The notes under the pieces are model-generated. The model saw only the letters and a program-made list of their open reading frames with translations, searched no databases and was not told the origin of the DNA. Shown here piece after piece: positions 36,830 to 47,620 of a DNA stretch of 64,000 nt. Made by a program: the position numbers and the translations under genes. This DNA is from Candidatus Moraniibacteriota bacterium (GTDB lineage: Bacteria > Patescibacteriota > Minisyncoccia > Moranbacterales > UBA9337): the NCBI GenBank assembly GCA_028695135.1, contig JAQVJM010000004.1, positions 1,696 through 65,695 of the forward strand. The letters are read 5' to 3'. The stretch's first letter is position 1, and each line of letters opens with the position of its first letter.

Positions 36830-37195
36830 ATGAGGCATAAAAAAGAAGGGAAAAAATTAAGCAGGGAACCGAGACAAAGAAGGGCGCTTGCCAGCGGGCT
36901 TATATCCAATTTGATATTGAAAGAAAGGATAATCACTACCCAAGCCAAAGCAAAATATATAAAACCCAGGGTGGATAAATTTATTACCAAAATCAAGAAA
37001 GCGGGAACGGATGACCAGAAAAAAGTCGCGGCTATCAGGGATCTGAGGAAGAGCTTAAATGAAGAGTCTGTAAAAAAAATTTCCGGTGATTTTATCAATA
37101 AGTTCGAAGGAAGAAGCAGCGGATATACCCGGATAATAAAATTACCCGGCAGAAAAAGCGACGGAGCTGAAATGGCCGTTATAGAATTTGTATAA
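36830..37195 (+). CDS. rplQ: 50S ribosomal protein L17
   Basis: MRHKKEGKKLSR, IITTQAKAK, GYTRIIK..RKSDGAEMAVIE. Confidence 0.97.
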   Translation: MRHKKEGKKLSREPRQRRALASGLISNLILKERIITTQAKAKYIKPRVDKFITKIKKAGTDDQKKVAAIRDLRKSLNEESVKKISGDFINKFEGRSSGYTRIIKLPGRKSDGAEMAVIEFV

Positions 37196-37221
37196 AACTA
37201 GAAATAAGGGTCTATAAAAAT

Positions 37222-37608
37222 ATGCGAAGAAAATATTATCATATAAGCGCTCAAGGAAAGGTTCTGGGCAGACTGGCCACTCAGTCAGCCAAGATTTTAA
37301 GCGGAAGAAACAAAGTCGAATTTACTCCCAATGTAGATGGAGGAGATTTTGTGATAGTTACCGATTCGGACGGAGTTATAGTAACCGGAAACAAAAGAAA
37401 AGGCAAAAAATATCAGAGCTATTCGGGCTATCCGGGAGGAATCAAAGAGATATCTTTTGAGGATCAGATGAAAAAAGATTCGACCAGAGTCGTATATTCG
37501 GCTGTGCGAGGGATGTTGCCCAAAAATAAGCTCAGAAGTAAAATGCTTAAAAGATTGATTATTTTCAAGAACAGTAACCACAATTATAAAATAGACCAGG
37601 AAATATAG
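37222..37608 (+). CDS. rplM: 50S ribosomal protein L13
   Basis: VLGRLAT, FTPNVDGGDFVIV, SGYPGG, AVRGMLPKN. Confidence 0.97.
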   Translation: MRRKYYHISAQGKVLGRLATQSAKILSGRNKVEFTPNVDGGDFVIVTDSDGVIVTGNKRKGKKYQSYSGYPGGIKEISFEDQMKKDSTRVVYSAVRGMLPKNKLRSKMLKRLIIFKNSNHNYKIDQEI

Positions 37609-37618
37609 GAAAATTTTT

Positions 37619-38077
37619 ATGAATGAAGAAAAAATAAGCCGTAAAGCGGTGGAAAAAAAGAAAGATGCCAATAAGTCGGAAAAATATTTTTATGCTGTAG
37701 GAAGAAGAAAGACTTCTGTGGCGCAAGTCAGGATCTTTCCTGAAGATAAGGCTGGCGAAAGCAGCTGGTTCGTAAACAGCAGAAAAATGAAGGATTATTT
37801 TCCTGAAGAGAAGATGCAGTTATTGTTCCTGTCTCCCCTCAAGGAGGCCGGAATGATAGAAAACTTCAGAGTTTCTGTTGTCGTAAAGGGAGGAGGAACA
37901 ACCGGTCAAGTCGAAGCTTCCAGGATGGGAATAGCCAGAGCGCTGGTTGAATTTGATGAAGAACTCCGCCCCGTGTTGAAGGCCAATGGATTTCTTAAAA
38001 GAGACGATAGAAGGGTTGAAAGAAAGAAGCCAGGGCTCAAGAAAGCAAGAAGGTCTCCTCAGTGGAGCAAGCGATAA
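37619..38077 (+). CDS. rpsI: 30S ribosomal protein S9
   Basis: AVGRRKTSVA, GGGTTGQ, ERKKPGLKKARRSPQWSKR. Confidence 0.98.
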   Translation: MNEEKISRKAVEKKKDANKSEKYFYAVGRRKTSVAQVRIFPEDKAGESSWFVNSRKMKDYFPEEKMQLLFLSPLKEAGMIENFRVSVVVKGGGTTGQVEASRMGIARALVEFDEELRPVLKANGFLKRDDRRVERKKPGLKKARRSPQWSKR

Positions 38078-38389
38078 CCTTTTCAATCGCGGGAAATAAA
38101 AAATTTCGAGAAAATGTTTTATCTGATAAAAATTCGCCTTTTTCCCAAAATTATTGAAAATCTTGACTTTTAAAAGTAAAATAACTTTAGTTAAGGCAAT
38201 TTTTCGTTTTATCTTGAAATAACAGGATCAAAGATTGCCATAAATATGATTTTATTCTAATATTTCAGTTAGCCGTTTCTAAGTTGGGTTAGAAACGGCT
38301 TTTGTTATGGATTAAATTGCAAAAAATGTCTCAGCCCTTTATACTGAATATATGCCTGATACTATGCTTAATACTTAATACACAAAAAA

Positions 38390-39880
38390 ATGAGAGACGA
38401 TATTAGGAAGACCAAGCTTGATAAGCTAGAAAACTTAAAAAATTTCGGGATGAATCCTTATCCGGAAAAAGCCCGAAGAACCCACACTAATAAGGAAGCT
38501 CTGGATAATTTTGATGACGTAAAGGAAGATATTTATTTGGCGGGCAGAGTAGCGTCTCTTCGCCCTATGGGAGGATCCTCATTCGTCCATATTGAAGACG
38601 GAACTGGCAAGATCCAATTATTCTTCAACAAGAAAAACATCGGTGATGATCGATACAAGCTTTTTGTCAAGAATATAGAATTGGGTGATTTTGTCCAAGT
38701 TAAAGGAAAGCTGTTCAAGACCAAGACCGGGGAAAAAACTTTGCAGGCGAACGAATGGAAAATTTTAAGCAAAACACTCGAATCTTTCCCGACCGAATAT
38801 TTCGGTTTTAGAAACGAGGAAGAAAAATTTCGCAAAAGATATCTGGATCTGTTTTTTAACAGGGAAGAGAGGGAAATATTTGTGCGCCGGGCTAAATTTT
38901 GGAAAGCCATAAGAGATTTTATGGTAAGTAAGGGATTTCTCGAGGTGGAGACTCCTTATATTGAAACGACTACCGGAGGGGCGGAAGCGCGTCCTTTCGA
39001 AACCTTTCATAATGATTTTGATATCCCTGTTTATATGCGGATATGTGTAGGAGAATTATGGCAAAAAAGACTTATGGCAGCAGGATTCGAGAAAACCTTT
39101 GAAATCGGAAGAGCTTTCAGGAATGAGGGAACCAGTCCGGATCATTTGCAAGAATTCACCAATATGGAGTTTTACTGGGCTTATGCCGATTATAACGATG
39201 GCATGGAATTGGTTAGGGAGCTGTACCGATTTATCGCCGAGGAGGTTTATGGCAAAACGGAATTTGAAGCCAGAGGACATAAGTTTGATCTGGCTGATGA
39301 ATGGAAAAAAATCGATTATACAGATGAAGTTAAAGAGCAGACCGGAATCAATATTTTGGAGGCTGATGAAAAGGAGCTTAAGAGTAGGCTTGATGAGCTG
39401 AAAGTCAAATATGACGGGGACAATAAAGAGAGATATGTAGATTCTCTTTGGAAATATTGTCGCAAAAATATAGCAGGGCCGGCCTTTTTGATAAATCATC
39501 CCGTTTTTATGTCCCCGCTGGCCAAAAGAAAAGAAGAATCTCCCGAGCAGGCCGGAAGATTCCAGGTTCTCATCGGTGGAGCGGAAGTAGGAAGCGGATA
39601 TTCAGAGCTTAACGACCCGATTGATCAGAGAAAAAGATTCGAGGAGCAACAAAAACTTATTGATGCCGGGGATAAAGAGGCTATGATGCCAGATTGGGAA
39701 TTTGTGGAAATGCTTGAATATGGAATGCCTCCGACCTGCGGATTCGGAGTGGGCGAAAGGCTCTTTGCTTTTTTGGAAAATAAGACCCTTCGTGAAGTGA
39801 CGCTTTTCCCTTTAGTAAAGCCGAAAAAAGAGAAAAAGAATAGTCCAAAAAAGAAAATTCAAAAAGCGGACAAGAAGTAA
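38390..39880 (+). CDS. lysS: Lysine--tRNA ligase (class II)
   Basis: RKRYLDL, GGAEARPF, FRNEG, YSELNDP, YGMPPTCGFGVG. Confidence 0.97.
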   Translation: MRDDIRKTKLDKLENLKNFGMNPYPEKARRTHTNKEALDNFDDVKEDIYLAGRVASLRPMGGSSFVHIEDGTGKIQLFFNKKNIGDDRYKLFVKNIELGDFVQVKGKLFKTKTGEKTLQANEWKILSKTLESFPTEYFGFRNEEEKFRKRYLDLFFNREEREIFVRRAKFWKAIRDFMVSKGFLEVETPYIETTTGGAEARPFETFHNDFDIPVYMRICVGELWQKRLMAAGFEKTFEIGRAFRNEGTSPDHLQEFTNMEFYWAYADYNDGMELVRELYRFIAEEVYGKTEFEARGHKFDLADEWKKIDYTDEVKEQTGINILEADEKELKSRLDELKVKYDGDNKERYVDSLWKYCRKNIAGPAFLINHPVFMSPLAKRKEESPEQAGRFQVLIGGAEVGSGYSELNDPIDQRKRFEEQQKLIDAGDKEAMMPDWEFVEMLEYGMPPTCGFGVGERLFAFLENKTLREVTLFPLVKPKKEKKNSPKKKIQKADKK

Positions 39881-39927
39881 AATTTCCTTCCGGACAGGGA
39901 GTGCAGACAGAATTATTCATAAAATTT

Positions 39928-40890
39928 ATGCTTATTGATGACGTGACAATTAATGTCAGAGCGGGAAAGGGTGGCGAAGGCGCCAGCCTTTTTTCGCGCA
40001 TTGCGATGAGCCGAGGCCCTTCCGGGGGAAACGGGGGAAAGGGCGGCAACATAATAATAAAGGGCGTTTCTGATATAGGGGCTCTTAGAAAATTTCGTAA
40101 TAAAAAGGATATCAGGGCGGGAGATGGCAAAAATGGCAGTCAGAATATGCGTACGGGATCCGATGGAAAGGATGAGATCATATTTGTTCCGGCCGGAACA
40201 GTTGTTCACGATATGACGGATAAAAAAAAGAATGAGATTAAAGAGCCGGGAGAAGAAATAATAATTGCTCGAGGAGGCAAGGGGGGATTCGGTAATTTTC
40301 ATTATCGTTCCGGCAGAAATACCAGTCCCGAAAGGGCTAACCCCGGGGAACCCGGAGAGTCCAAAAAAATTAGATTGGAACTTAAGCTTATCGCCGATGT
40401 AGGTTTTGTCGGATATCCTAATGTGGGGAAATCAACTCTTTTGAATGAACTGACAAACGCCTCCAGCAAGGTGGCTAATTATAAATTTACTACCCTGGAA
40501 CCTTACTTGGGAGTTTATTATGAGCTTATTCTGGCCGATATCCCCGGAATAATAAAGGATGCTTCAAAAGGCAGAGGATTGGGGTATAAATTTTTACGGC
40601 ATATCGAAAGAACAAAAACCATTTTCCATTTTGTCGCCGCCGATAGCAGCGATCCTTTGAAAGACTACGAAAGTATCAGAAAGGAATTGGGAAAATACAA
40701 TCCAAATGTGCTAAAAAAGCCGGAGTGGATAATTGTGAGCCGTGCCGATGAAAAGTCTGAAGAAGAAGTCGAAAAAATAGTCAAAGAATTGAAGAAAAAA
40801 AACTCAAAAACGGTCTCTCTTTCTATCTTGGACGATAAGAGCCTTAAAGGAGTGAAAAATATTCTCAATAGTATCAAGGAAAATAAGTAA
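39928..40890 (+). CDS. obgE: GTPase ObgE/CgtA
   Basis: Gly-rich Obg fold, LELKLIADVGFVGYPNVGKS, YKFTTL, DIPG, FLRHIERT. Confidence 0.96.
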   Translation: MLIDDVTINVRAGKGGEGASLFSRIAMSRGPSGGNGGKGGNIIIKGVSDIGALRKFRNKKDIRAGDGKNGSQNMRTGSDGKDEIIFVPAGTVVHDMTDKKKNEIKEPGEEIIIARGGKGGFGNFHYRSGRNTSPERANPGEPGESKKIRLELKLIADVGFVGYPNVGKSTLLNELTNASSKVANYKFTTLEPYLGVYYELILADIPGIIKDASKGRGLGYKFLRHIERTKTIFHFVAADSSDPLKDYESIRKELGKYNPNVLKKPEWIIVSRADEKSEEEVEKIVKELKKKNSKTVSLSILDDKSLKGVKNILNSIKENK

Positions 40891-40912
40891 TCCAAGCAAT
40901 AAGAAATGTAAA

Positions 40913-41512
40913 ATGAAAAAAATATTGATTGCGACAACCAATAAGAATAAGGCCGATCAATTCAAGAGAATTTTTAAGAGAGAAAAATTTTATCTTAAAA
41001 CGACATTTTTGGTTGAAATGGGGATAAAGGATGATATCGAGGAGGATGGGAAAACATTGCTTGAGAATGCTGAAAAGAAGGCTGAATATTTCGGAGAAAA
41101 AACAGGCCTGCTTACTCTTGCCGATGACTTTGGATTTTTTGTATATCATATGGGTGGAAAACCCGGGATTCATGCCAAGAGATGGATGGAAGGAACTGAT
41201 ACTGATAGGTGCGATGAAATTTTGAAAAGACTTGACGGATTGCTGGAAAAAGATAGGGGAGCCCTCTATGCGGGAGTTATAGCGGTATATGATCCGAAAG
41301 TTAAGAAATTCTGGCATTTCAAGCTTGAAACTAGAGGAAAAGTCTCGAATAAATTTAAAGGAAAAAAAGCATTTGGATATGACCAAATATTTTCTCCTGA
41401 TAAATTTCCAGATAAAACCTATTCGGAATTAAGCGATGAGGAGCTTGAGGCAGTAGGGCATAGGAGCAAAGGAGTGATGGAATTTTTAAAAATATATGGG
41501 AAAAAGTTGTAG
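40913..41512 (+). CDS. Non-canonical purine NTP pyrophosphatase (Ham1/RdgB family)
   Basis: IATTNKNK, IEEDGKTLLENAEKKA, LADDFG, FGYDQIF, GHRSK. Confidence 0.92.
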   Translation: MKKILIATTNKNKADQFKRIFKREKFYLKTTFLVEMGIKDDIEEDGKTLLENAEKKAEYFGEKTGLLTLADDFGFFVYHMGGKPGIHAKRWMEGTDTDRCDEILKRLDGLLEKDRGALYAGVIAVYDPKVKKFWHFKLETRGKVSNKFKGKKAFGYDQIFSPDKFPDKTYSELSDEELEAVGHRSKGVMEFLKIYGKKL

Positions 41513-41672
41513 CATGTAAGAAGGCAGGATAATTTTTAGGCAGGTGTTTAAAAAATTAATATTTTTTATAAAAAAAAAGATTATTCGGATAGTTGATACG
41601 ATAAAGCCCCGGTCGTTGCCGGGGCCTTATGATATAAGAAAAGTGCTTTTATTGTACGTTTAGTTTCGTATT

Positions 41673-42347
41673 CTAGAATTGAACGTTCGCTGAATATTTC
41701 TGCAGGTTTTTTAGTTGAGCGTCGTTTAGGTTTTTGGAAGCTGAAATAGCTTCTTGAATCAGGCTTTTAGAAAACTCAACGGATGTTCCGACATGTACCC
41801 TTCCCTGAAAGCCTACCTTTTTGCGCAGATAATCTTCAATGTAGATCTTGTGTTCGTTTGTAAGCGAAGAGTCCGGATTCTTTTCCAGATAATGGGCCAA
41901 AGCCCTCCTGGCCAAATGAGTCGTTCCGTCTCCCGCTTGAGCGCTTTCGATGAAAGAATTCTCTGTTTCTTGCGCTTCGGCGACAGGTTGCTTCTGAGTT
42001 ACTGGAGCCTCTGGGGCTTCAGCCGGCATCCCGGTTTCTGGGACTGTTTCCGTATCTTCCGTCCCGGCCACTTCAGCGGATCCGGTTTCGTCAGCGGCAG
42101 CTGATTCCGTTATGTCGCCTTCTTCAGTTTCGCTGGAAGAAAGATCTTCAAGGATCTTTTCGATGTCGCTGCCTCTTTCCGCCACTTCGACGGATTCTTC
42201 TCCTCTTTTAGAATAGGAGTATATCGAGGAAGCGATCAATAAGACTATCAGAATGCTTACAATAATACGGATATTCTCTTGAGCCCATTCTTTTATCTTG
42301 TCCATAGTATTTTGGCCACTCGTTTCATTGTTAAATTCATCGTTCAT
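41673..42347 (-). CDS. Membrane-anchored hypothetical protein (acidic linker, LysM-like GDG.THLAR domain)
   Basis: SD GAGGTG before ATG AAC; one TM; AQAGDGTTHLARRAL..IYIEDYL. Confidence 0.7.
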   Translation of the reverse strand: MNDEFNNETSGQNTMDKIKEWAQENIRIIVSILIVLLIASSIYSYSKRGEESVEVAERGSDIEKILEDLSSSETEEGDITESAAADETGSAEVAGTEDTETVPETGMPAEAPEAPVTQKQPVAEAQETENSFIESAQAGDGTTHLARRALAHYLEKNPDSSLTNEHKIYIEDYLRKKVGFQGRVHVGTSVEFSKSLIQEAISASKNLNDAQLKNLQKYSANVQF

Positions 42348-42565
42348 TTTTTCACCTCTCTTTCTAGTGCTTGCCCTCAAAGAGAGCAAGGCTTATTTTT
42401 AATTTGTTAAGGTACCGCTTGCGTTGAAGACGGCAATTCTATTGCGGGACGCAATGACCGCAATCCATCTGTTTTTTAATTCTAAGGCAATAAAAGGGCT
42501 GAGTCAACTGGACAAATTTTATAAATATTTTATAATTTCTTTTTGCCTAAGTTGAAGATAAGAAG

Positions 42566-43483
42566 TCATATCGTTATTTTACAAACCCTTCTTTTTCCGG
42601 CCAGGTCTTTGTAAAATTTGACCTTGGCTTTCGGAAAATAATTTTTTATGATTTTTTCGAGCTTATTTTTTTGTTCGGGAGAAATTTCAAAGAAAATCGC
42701 AAATCGCAAATCGCAAATCGCAAATCTTTCAGATATCTGCTTCAGCAATTTTTCATAGTGAGCGAGGCCGTAATTTTCAGAATAAAGCGAGGATCCCGGT
42801 TCGTATTTACTTACATCTTTCGGGGAAGAAGCATATATTTTTTTTGAGAGATAAGGAAGATTGGCGGCGATGATTAGCTTATCGAGCTTTAGCTTCGTCA
42901 GCTTCTCAGTTAGCGGCGAAAGGAGACTGCCATGAATGAATTTTATGTTTCGTGCGACATTATGTCTTTTGGAATTTTTTCTAGCTATTTTTAAAGCCAT
43001 TCTCGAAACATCGATTCCGTAAAGCTCATGATTATTATTTTTTGATTCCAATCGCTTTGCGATTGAGACAATGATATTCCCGCTTCCGGTACCTATGTCA
43101 CAAATCGCGTATCGCGTATCGCTCAACTTTTTATTTTTCTTAGTTATCCCAGTATTTTCTTGTCCCTTGTCGCTTGTCGCTTGCTTCAGAACGAGATCCA
43201 CGATCAATTCCGTTTCCGGCCGGGGAATGAGCGTGTGCTTGTTGACCTCAAAATCCAACCCATAAAATTCTTTGTGTCCCGTTATATATGCGATCGGCTC
43301 GTGTTTCATCCTTCTTTTTAAAAATGATCCAAGTTTTGCGTTTTGCGTTTTGCGAATCTCGTATTCAGGATGCGATAAAACAAACTCCCGCGGTTTTTTA
43401 ATCGCATGAGAAATCAAAATCTCCAGGTCTAGTGGAGATAATTTTTCATAATATTTTTTTAAAATGTCGGATATTCTGCTCAT
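42566..43483 (-). CDS. prmC: Release factor glutamine methyltransferase PrmC/HemK
   Basis: EPIAYITGHKEFYG, LIPRPETE, DIGTGSG, ANLPY; adjacent to prfA. Confidence 0.95.
   Translation of the reverse strand: MSRISDILKKYYEKLSPLDLEILISHAIKKPREFVLSHPEYEIRKTQNAKLGSFLKRRMKHEPIAYITGHKEFYGLDFEVNKHTLIPRPETELIVDLVLKQATSDKGQENTGITKKNKKLSDTRYAICDIGTGSGNIIVSIAKRLESKNNNHELYGIDVSRMALKIARKNSKRHNVARNIKFIHGSLLSPLTEKLTKLKLDKLIIAANLPYLSKKIYASSPKDVSKYEPGSSLYSENYGLAHYEKLLKQISERFAICDLRFAIFFEISPEQKNKLEKIIKNYFPKAKVKFYKDLAGKRRVCKITI
42694..43360. repeat. Several different 7-mer tracts in-frame in prmC
   Basis: (AAATCGC)x4 at 42694-42721; AAATCGC GTATCGC GTATCGC at about 43102-43122; CTTGTCC CTTGTCG CTTGTCG at about 43159-43184; (GTTTTGC)x3 at 43333-43353. 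Confidence 0.9.
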
Positions 43484-43564
43484 AAAGATAGAATATTTTT
43501 CATGTTTTTATCTTTCTCGTACTCGATAAATAGTGAATGTTTAATGGCCGATATCATATGTTTT

Positions 43565-44632
43565 TTATGGCTTAACAGCCATCTTCCTCCTGATATCTTC
43601 TTCCTTGAGCGATTCGGTTATATCATCAAGTTCACCGTCAAGGATAACCTCTATATTGTTCCAAGATTGTTTTATCCTATGGTCGGTGATCCTGTCTTGG
43701 GGAAAATTATAAGTTCGGATCTTTTCGCTCCGGTCTCCGGTTCCGATCTGGCTTTTTCTTTGATCTCCAAGCTTTTTGGCTTCCTCTTCTTCCTTTATCT
43801 GGACCAAGCGAGAGCGTAAAACTTTCATAGCCTTATCCTTGTTCTTGTGCTGGGATTTTTCGTCCTGGCAGGAGACGATGAGGCCGGTAGGCAGGTGGGT
43901 TATGCGGACGGCGCTGTTAGTGGTGTTTACGCTTTGCCCTCCCGGACCGGATGAAGCGAAGGTATCGATGCGCAGATCTTTCTCATCGATCTTGATGTCG
44001 ACTTCTTCAGCCTCCGGCAATACGGCGACGGTGGCGGTGGAAGTGTGGATCCGGCCGGATTTTTCTGTTTCAGGGATCCGTTGGACCCTATGCACTCCGG
44101 ACTCATATTTCATTTTTGCATAAACATCTGTCCCGTTGATTTCGAATATGATTTCCTTAAATCCTCCTATTCCGGTCTGGTTCGAATTTAGGACGGAAAT
44201 GGACCATCCGTTTTTTTCGGCAAATCGGCTATACATCCTGAAAAGATCTCCGGCGAAAAGTCCGGATTCGTCTCCTCCGGCTCCGGCTCGGATTTCCACG
44301 ATTACATTTTTGCCGTCATTTGGATCTTTGGGTACCAGTTCCATTTCCAATTTTTTCCCCAGATCTTCCTTTTTCCTGGAAAGTTCGATATTTTCTTCCA
44401 TAGCCATCCGCTTCATTTCCTCGTCAGTTTCGGTATTCATTATTTCGGCGTTACCTTTCATATCATGCTCCGCCTTCTCCAGTTCATTTATGATTACGAT
44501 GATTTCCTCCAATTCCGCCTGTCTTTTGCCCAACTCGGCCATTTTTTTCGAATCGGAAACCAGCTCAGGCGAGCTGAGCTTTTCTTGTATTTCGGCGTAT
44601 TCTTTTTTAACAGCTTCGATCCGCGATTTCAT
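43565..44632 (-). CDS. prfA: Peptide chain release factor 1
   Basis: [11 protein letters not shown] recognition loop (RVQRIPETE), [20 protein letters not shown]; start placed at ATG 44632. Confidence 0.97.
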   Translation of the reverse strand: MKSRIEAVKKEYAEIQEKLSSPELVSDSKKMAELGKRQAELEEIIVIINELEKAEHDMKGNAEIMNTETDEEMKRMAMEENIELSRKKEDLGKKLEMELVPKDPNDGKNVIVEIRAGAGGDESGLFAGDLFRMYSRFAEKNGWSISVLNSNQTGIGGFKEIIFEINGTDVYAKMKYESGVHRVQRIPETEKSGRIHTSTATVAVLPEAEEVDIKIDEKDLRIDTFASSGPGGQSVNTTNSAVRITHLPTGLIVSCQDEKSQHKNKDKAMKVLRSRLVQIKEEEEAKKLGDQRKSQIGTGDRSEKIRTYNFPQDRITDHRIKQSWNNIEVILDGELDDITESLKEEDIRRKMAVKP

Positions 44633-44763
44633 ATTTATTATTTTAATATTATAAATTCTATATTTATAGAAGGATAAAGTCAATTGGAGCAATATTTCCG
44701 TTTACAAATAGTGAATTGTATCTTAAAATAGGTATTGATGTTTTTATTTTAAAATAATTTTTT

Positions 44764-45501
44764 ATGATTTGGTTTTATACATCATTAAGCGTGCTGGTAG
44801 TGAGCCTGGTTTCTCTGGTGGGAATACTGACTTTTTCTCTCAAGGAAAAGGTTTTGGAGAAAATATTGATCTATCTGGTAAGTCTTTCGGTGGGAACTCT
44901 TCTCGGGGGCGCCTTTTTCCATCTTATTCCCGAGGCTTTTTCAGAAGACGGGTTGAGCGCATCCTTTTTGATACTTTTAGGGATATTGGTGTTTTTTATT
45001 TTGGAAAAAATCGTGCACTGGAGGCATTGCCACGAAGTGGCTTGCGACGAGCATCCCCATCCTTTTTCTTATATGATATTTGCGGGAGACACTCTCCATA
45101 ATTTTATTGATGGAGCGATTATCGCTGCCAGTTTTATGGTAAGCATTCCATTGGGATTGGCCACAACAATAGCGGTCATCCTTCACGAAATCCCTCAGGA
45201 GATAGGAGATTTCGGCTCGCTGGTATACGCCGGCTTTTCCAGATCCAAGGCGTTAGCTTTTAATTTTATCAGCGCTTTGTCTGCTTTTGCGGGGGCTTTT
45301 ATCGTTTTGATAATAGGAGAAAGATTTTTGCAGATGACCGAATATCTGATACCGATAACAGCCGGAGGATTCATCTATATTGCCATGGCAGATCTTATGC
45401 CGGAGATCCATAAGACGAAATCTGCAAATAAATCTTTGATCCAGTTGGCCTTTATTGTTCTGGGACTGGCTGCTATGGCAGCTATTCTCAGGTTAGAATA
45501 A
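44764..45501 (+). CDS. ZIP family metal transporter
   Basis: FHLIPEA, HWRHCH, DTLHNFIDG, LHEIPQEIGD. Confidence 0.94.
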   Translation: MIWFYTSLSVLVVSLVSLVGILTFSLKEKVLEKILIYLVSLSVGTLLGGAFFHLIPEAFSEDGLSASFLILLGILVFFILEKIVHWRHCHEVACDEHPHPFSYMIFAGDTLHNFIDGAIIAASFMVSIPLGLATTIAVILHEIPQEIGDFGSLVYAGFSRSKALAFNFISALSAFAGAFIVLIIGERFLQMTEYLIPITAGGFIYIAMADLMPEIHKTKSANKSLIQLAFIVLGLAAMAAILRLE

Positions 45502-45506
45502 AAAAT

Positions 45507-46584
45507 ATGCAAGAATCGAAAGATAAGATTAAAATACTCAAAGATAAAATCCCGCTCCTGCGGGACCGTCTTTGACTTTGAGCAGAAAAAACAAAAAATG
45601 AAAGAACTTGAAGATGAAGCTCAACAGCCGGATTTTTGGAAAGACCAGAAAGTCGCTTCTTTAAAAATGAGAGAACTGGAAAATTTAAAAGAAGTTGTAG
45701 AAAAACTGGAAAACCTGGAAAAGAAGATTGGCTATCTGGAGGAAATATCGGAAATTGCGGAAAGCCCGAAGGAAAAAAAAGAAATAAAAGAACAGGTGGA
45801 TTCAGCGGAGAAGGAATCTGACCGATTGGAAGTCGATACTTTATTGGGAGGCAAATATGACCAAAGCGACGCTATTTTGTCGATACACGCGGGAGCGGGA
45901 GGCGTGGACGCCCAGGATTGGGCGGAAATGCTTCTTAGGATGTATATGCGCTGGGCGGAAGAAAAAAAATTCAAATTAAAAATACTGGATGAGTCCAGGG
46001 GAGGGGAAGCTGGGATAAAAAGCGCGACTATTGAAATAAGCGGACCGTATGCATACGGATATTTGAAGGGGGAGGCTGGAACGCATAGGCTAGTAAGACT
46101 GTCTCCTTTTAACTCTGATAATCTAAGGCAGACATCCTTCGCTTTGGCGGAAGTCTTGCCGGTGATCAAAGATTCAGAGGGAGAAAACGTAAATGAAAAA
46201 GATTTAAAAATAGATACTTTCAGGTCTTCCGGCGCAGGGGGGCAGAGTGTCAATACTACCGATAGCGCCGTAAGAATAACTCACATTCCGACAGGTATTG
46301 TCGTAACTTGCCAGAATGAGAGATCTCAATTGCAAAACAGGGAAAAGGCTTTGGAAATTCTTAATTCCAAACTGAGACAAAAGCAGGAGGAAGAAAGGCA
46401 GAAAGAAAAAAAAGAGCTGAGAGGCGAATATCGCAGCGCTGAATGGGGAAATCAGATAAGATCCTATGTTCTCCATCCCTATAAATTGGTCAAAGATCAT
46501 AGGACGGAATATGAGGAAAGCGACGCGGAGAAAGTTTTAGGCGGAAAGCTGGACGGATTTATCCGGGCTTATTTGGAAAAATAA
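45507..46584 (+). CDS. prfB: Peptide chain release factor 2, expressed via a +1 programmed frameshift
   Basis: ATG 45507 gives 22 codons ending CTT TGA C; the +1 frame joins ORF 45598-46584 with SPF (RLSPFN) and GGQ motifs. Confidence 0.96.
45561..45576 (+). promoter_or_regulatory. prfB +1 frameshift site
   Basis: CGGGAC-CGT-CTT-TGA-C; GAC at 45574 is in frame with ATG 45598. Confidence 0.93.
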
Positions 46585-46772
46585 TTATCTTTTTTAGATA
46601 AGATCAAGATCATTATATTTTTTTCTCGAATAAGAATAAGATTATAATTTGTTATTTGGCCTTAAAAGTATTATAATGTTAACAGCGAATTGATATTTGC
46701 TTCTGTTTTAAGATAACTATTAAATTCATTCTGTCAAACTTAAATCCAATGGGTTTGCCAGGATAAAAAAAG

Positions 46773-47549
46773 ATGGATAACAATCAGAACCCCCGCATCT
46801 CCGTTGTAATTCCTACATATAACGAGGAAAAAAGAAAAGAGGCGATGGAGAAACACCTAAAATCTATAGGAGATCATTTTGATAGGCTGGGATTGTCTTA
46901 CGAGATAGTCATAGCTCTTGACGGACCGACTGATAAGACTCCAGAGCTGGTAAAGAGCCATCAGTCCAATCTTAAAAACATAGTTGTTATCGACAGGAAA
47001 GAAAATAAAGGAAAGGGATTTACGGTCAGAGAGGGAATGATGAAAGCTCGGGGGGAGATCCGTATTTTTACCGATATGGACGGCGCCACCCCGATAAATA
47101 TGATTGACAGGTTTATTCCTAAATTCAAAGAGGGATTCGATATTGTTATCGGTTCAAGAGATTTGGAAGAATCCGACGTGAAGGTGAGCCAGCCCATATG
47201 GAAAGTTTTTTTGGGAAATACGGGGAATCTTTTGATCCAATTTATCGGCGGATTATGGGGGATGAAGGATACGCAATGCGGCTTCAAAGCTTTTACTAAA
47301 AAAGCGACGGAAGATATAATCCCCAGAACAACAGTGGATAGATGGGGTCTGGATTTCGAGTTGCTTATGATAGGGAAAAAAAGAGGATACAAGATTTCCG
47401 AAGTCCCAGTAGAGTGGATAGACAGCGGAGACAGTCTGGTGGGGATAAGCGGATATATAAGTACTTTCAGGGATTTGTTCAATGTCAGATGGAATATGAT
47501 AAAGGGAGTTTATCAATTAGATAAATCTGTCGAGGAAATGAAAAAATAA
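46773..47549 (+). CDS. GT2 glycosyltransferase (dolichyl-phosphate beta-glucosyltransferase-like)
   Basis: SVVIPTYNE, NKGKG, FTDMDGAT, DTQCGFKAF, RWGLDFE. Confidence 0.92.
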   Translation: MDNNQNPRISVVIPTYNEEKRKEAMEKHLKSIGDHFDRLGLSYEIVIALDGPTDKTPELVKSHQSNLKNIVVIDRKENKGKGFTVREGMMKARGEIRIFTDMDGATPINMIDRFIPKFKEGFDIVIGSRDLEESDVKVSQPIWKVFLGNTGNLLIQFIGGLWGMKDTQCGFKAFTKKATEDIIPRTTVDRWGLDFELLMIGKKRGYKISEVPVEWIDSGDSLVGISGYISTFRDLFNVRWNMIKGVYQLDKSVEEMKK

Positions 47550-47620
47550 AATTTTTTTATTGATGACGAGCTCGATCGTTACCAGGGATTTAAAATAAAA
47601 AACAAATAAAAAACAAATAA

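Noticed and set aside
45573-45575. TGA recoding (code 25 or selenocysteine)
   Set aside because: TGA ends many genes here, RF2 is encoded, and this TGA is the canonical prfB frameshift site.
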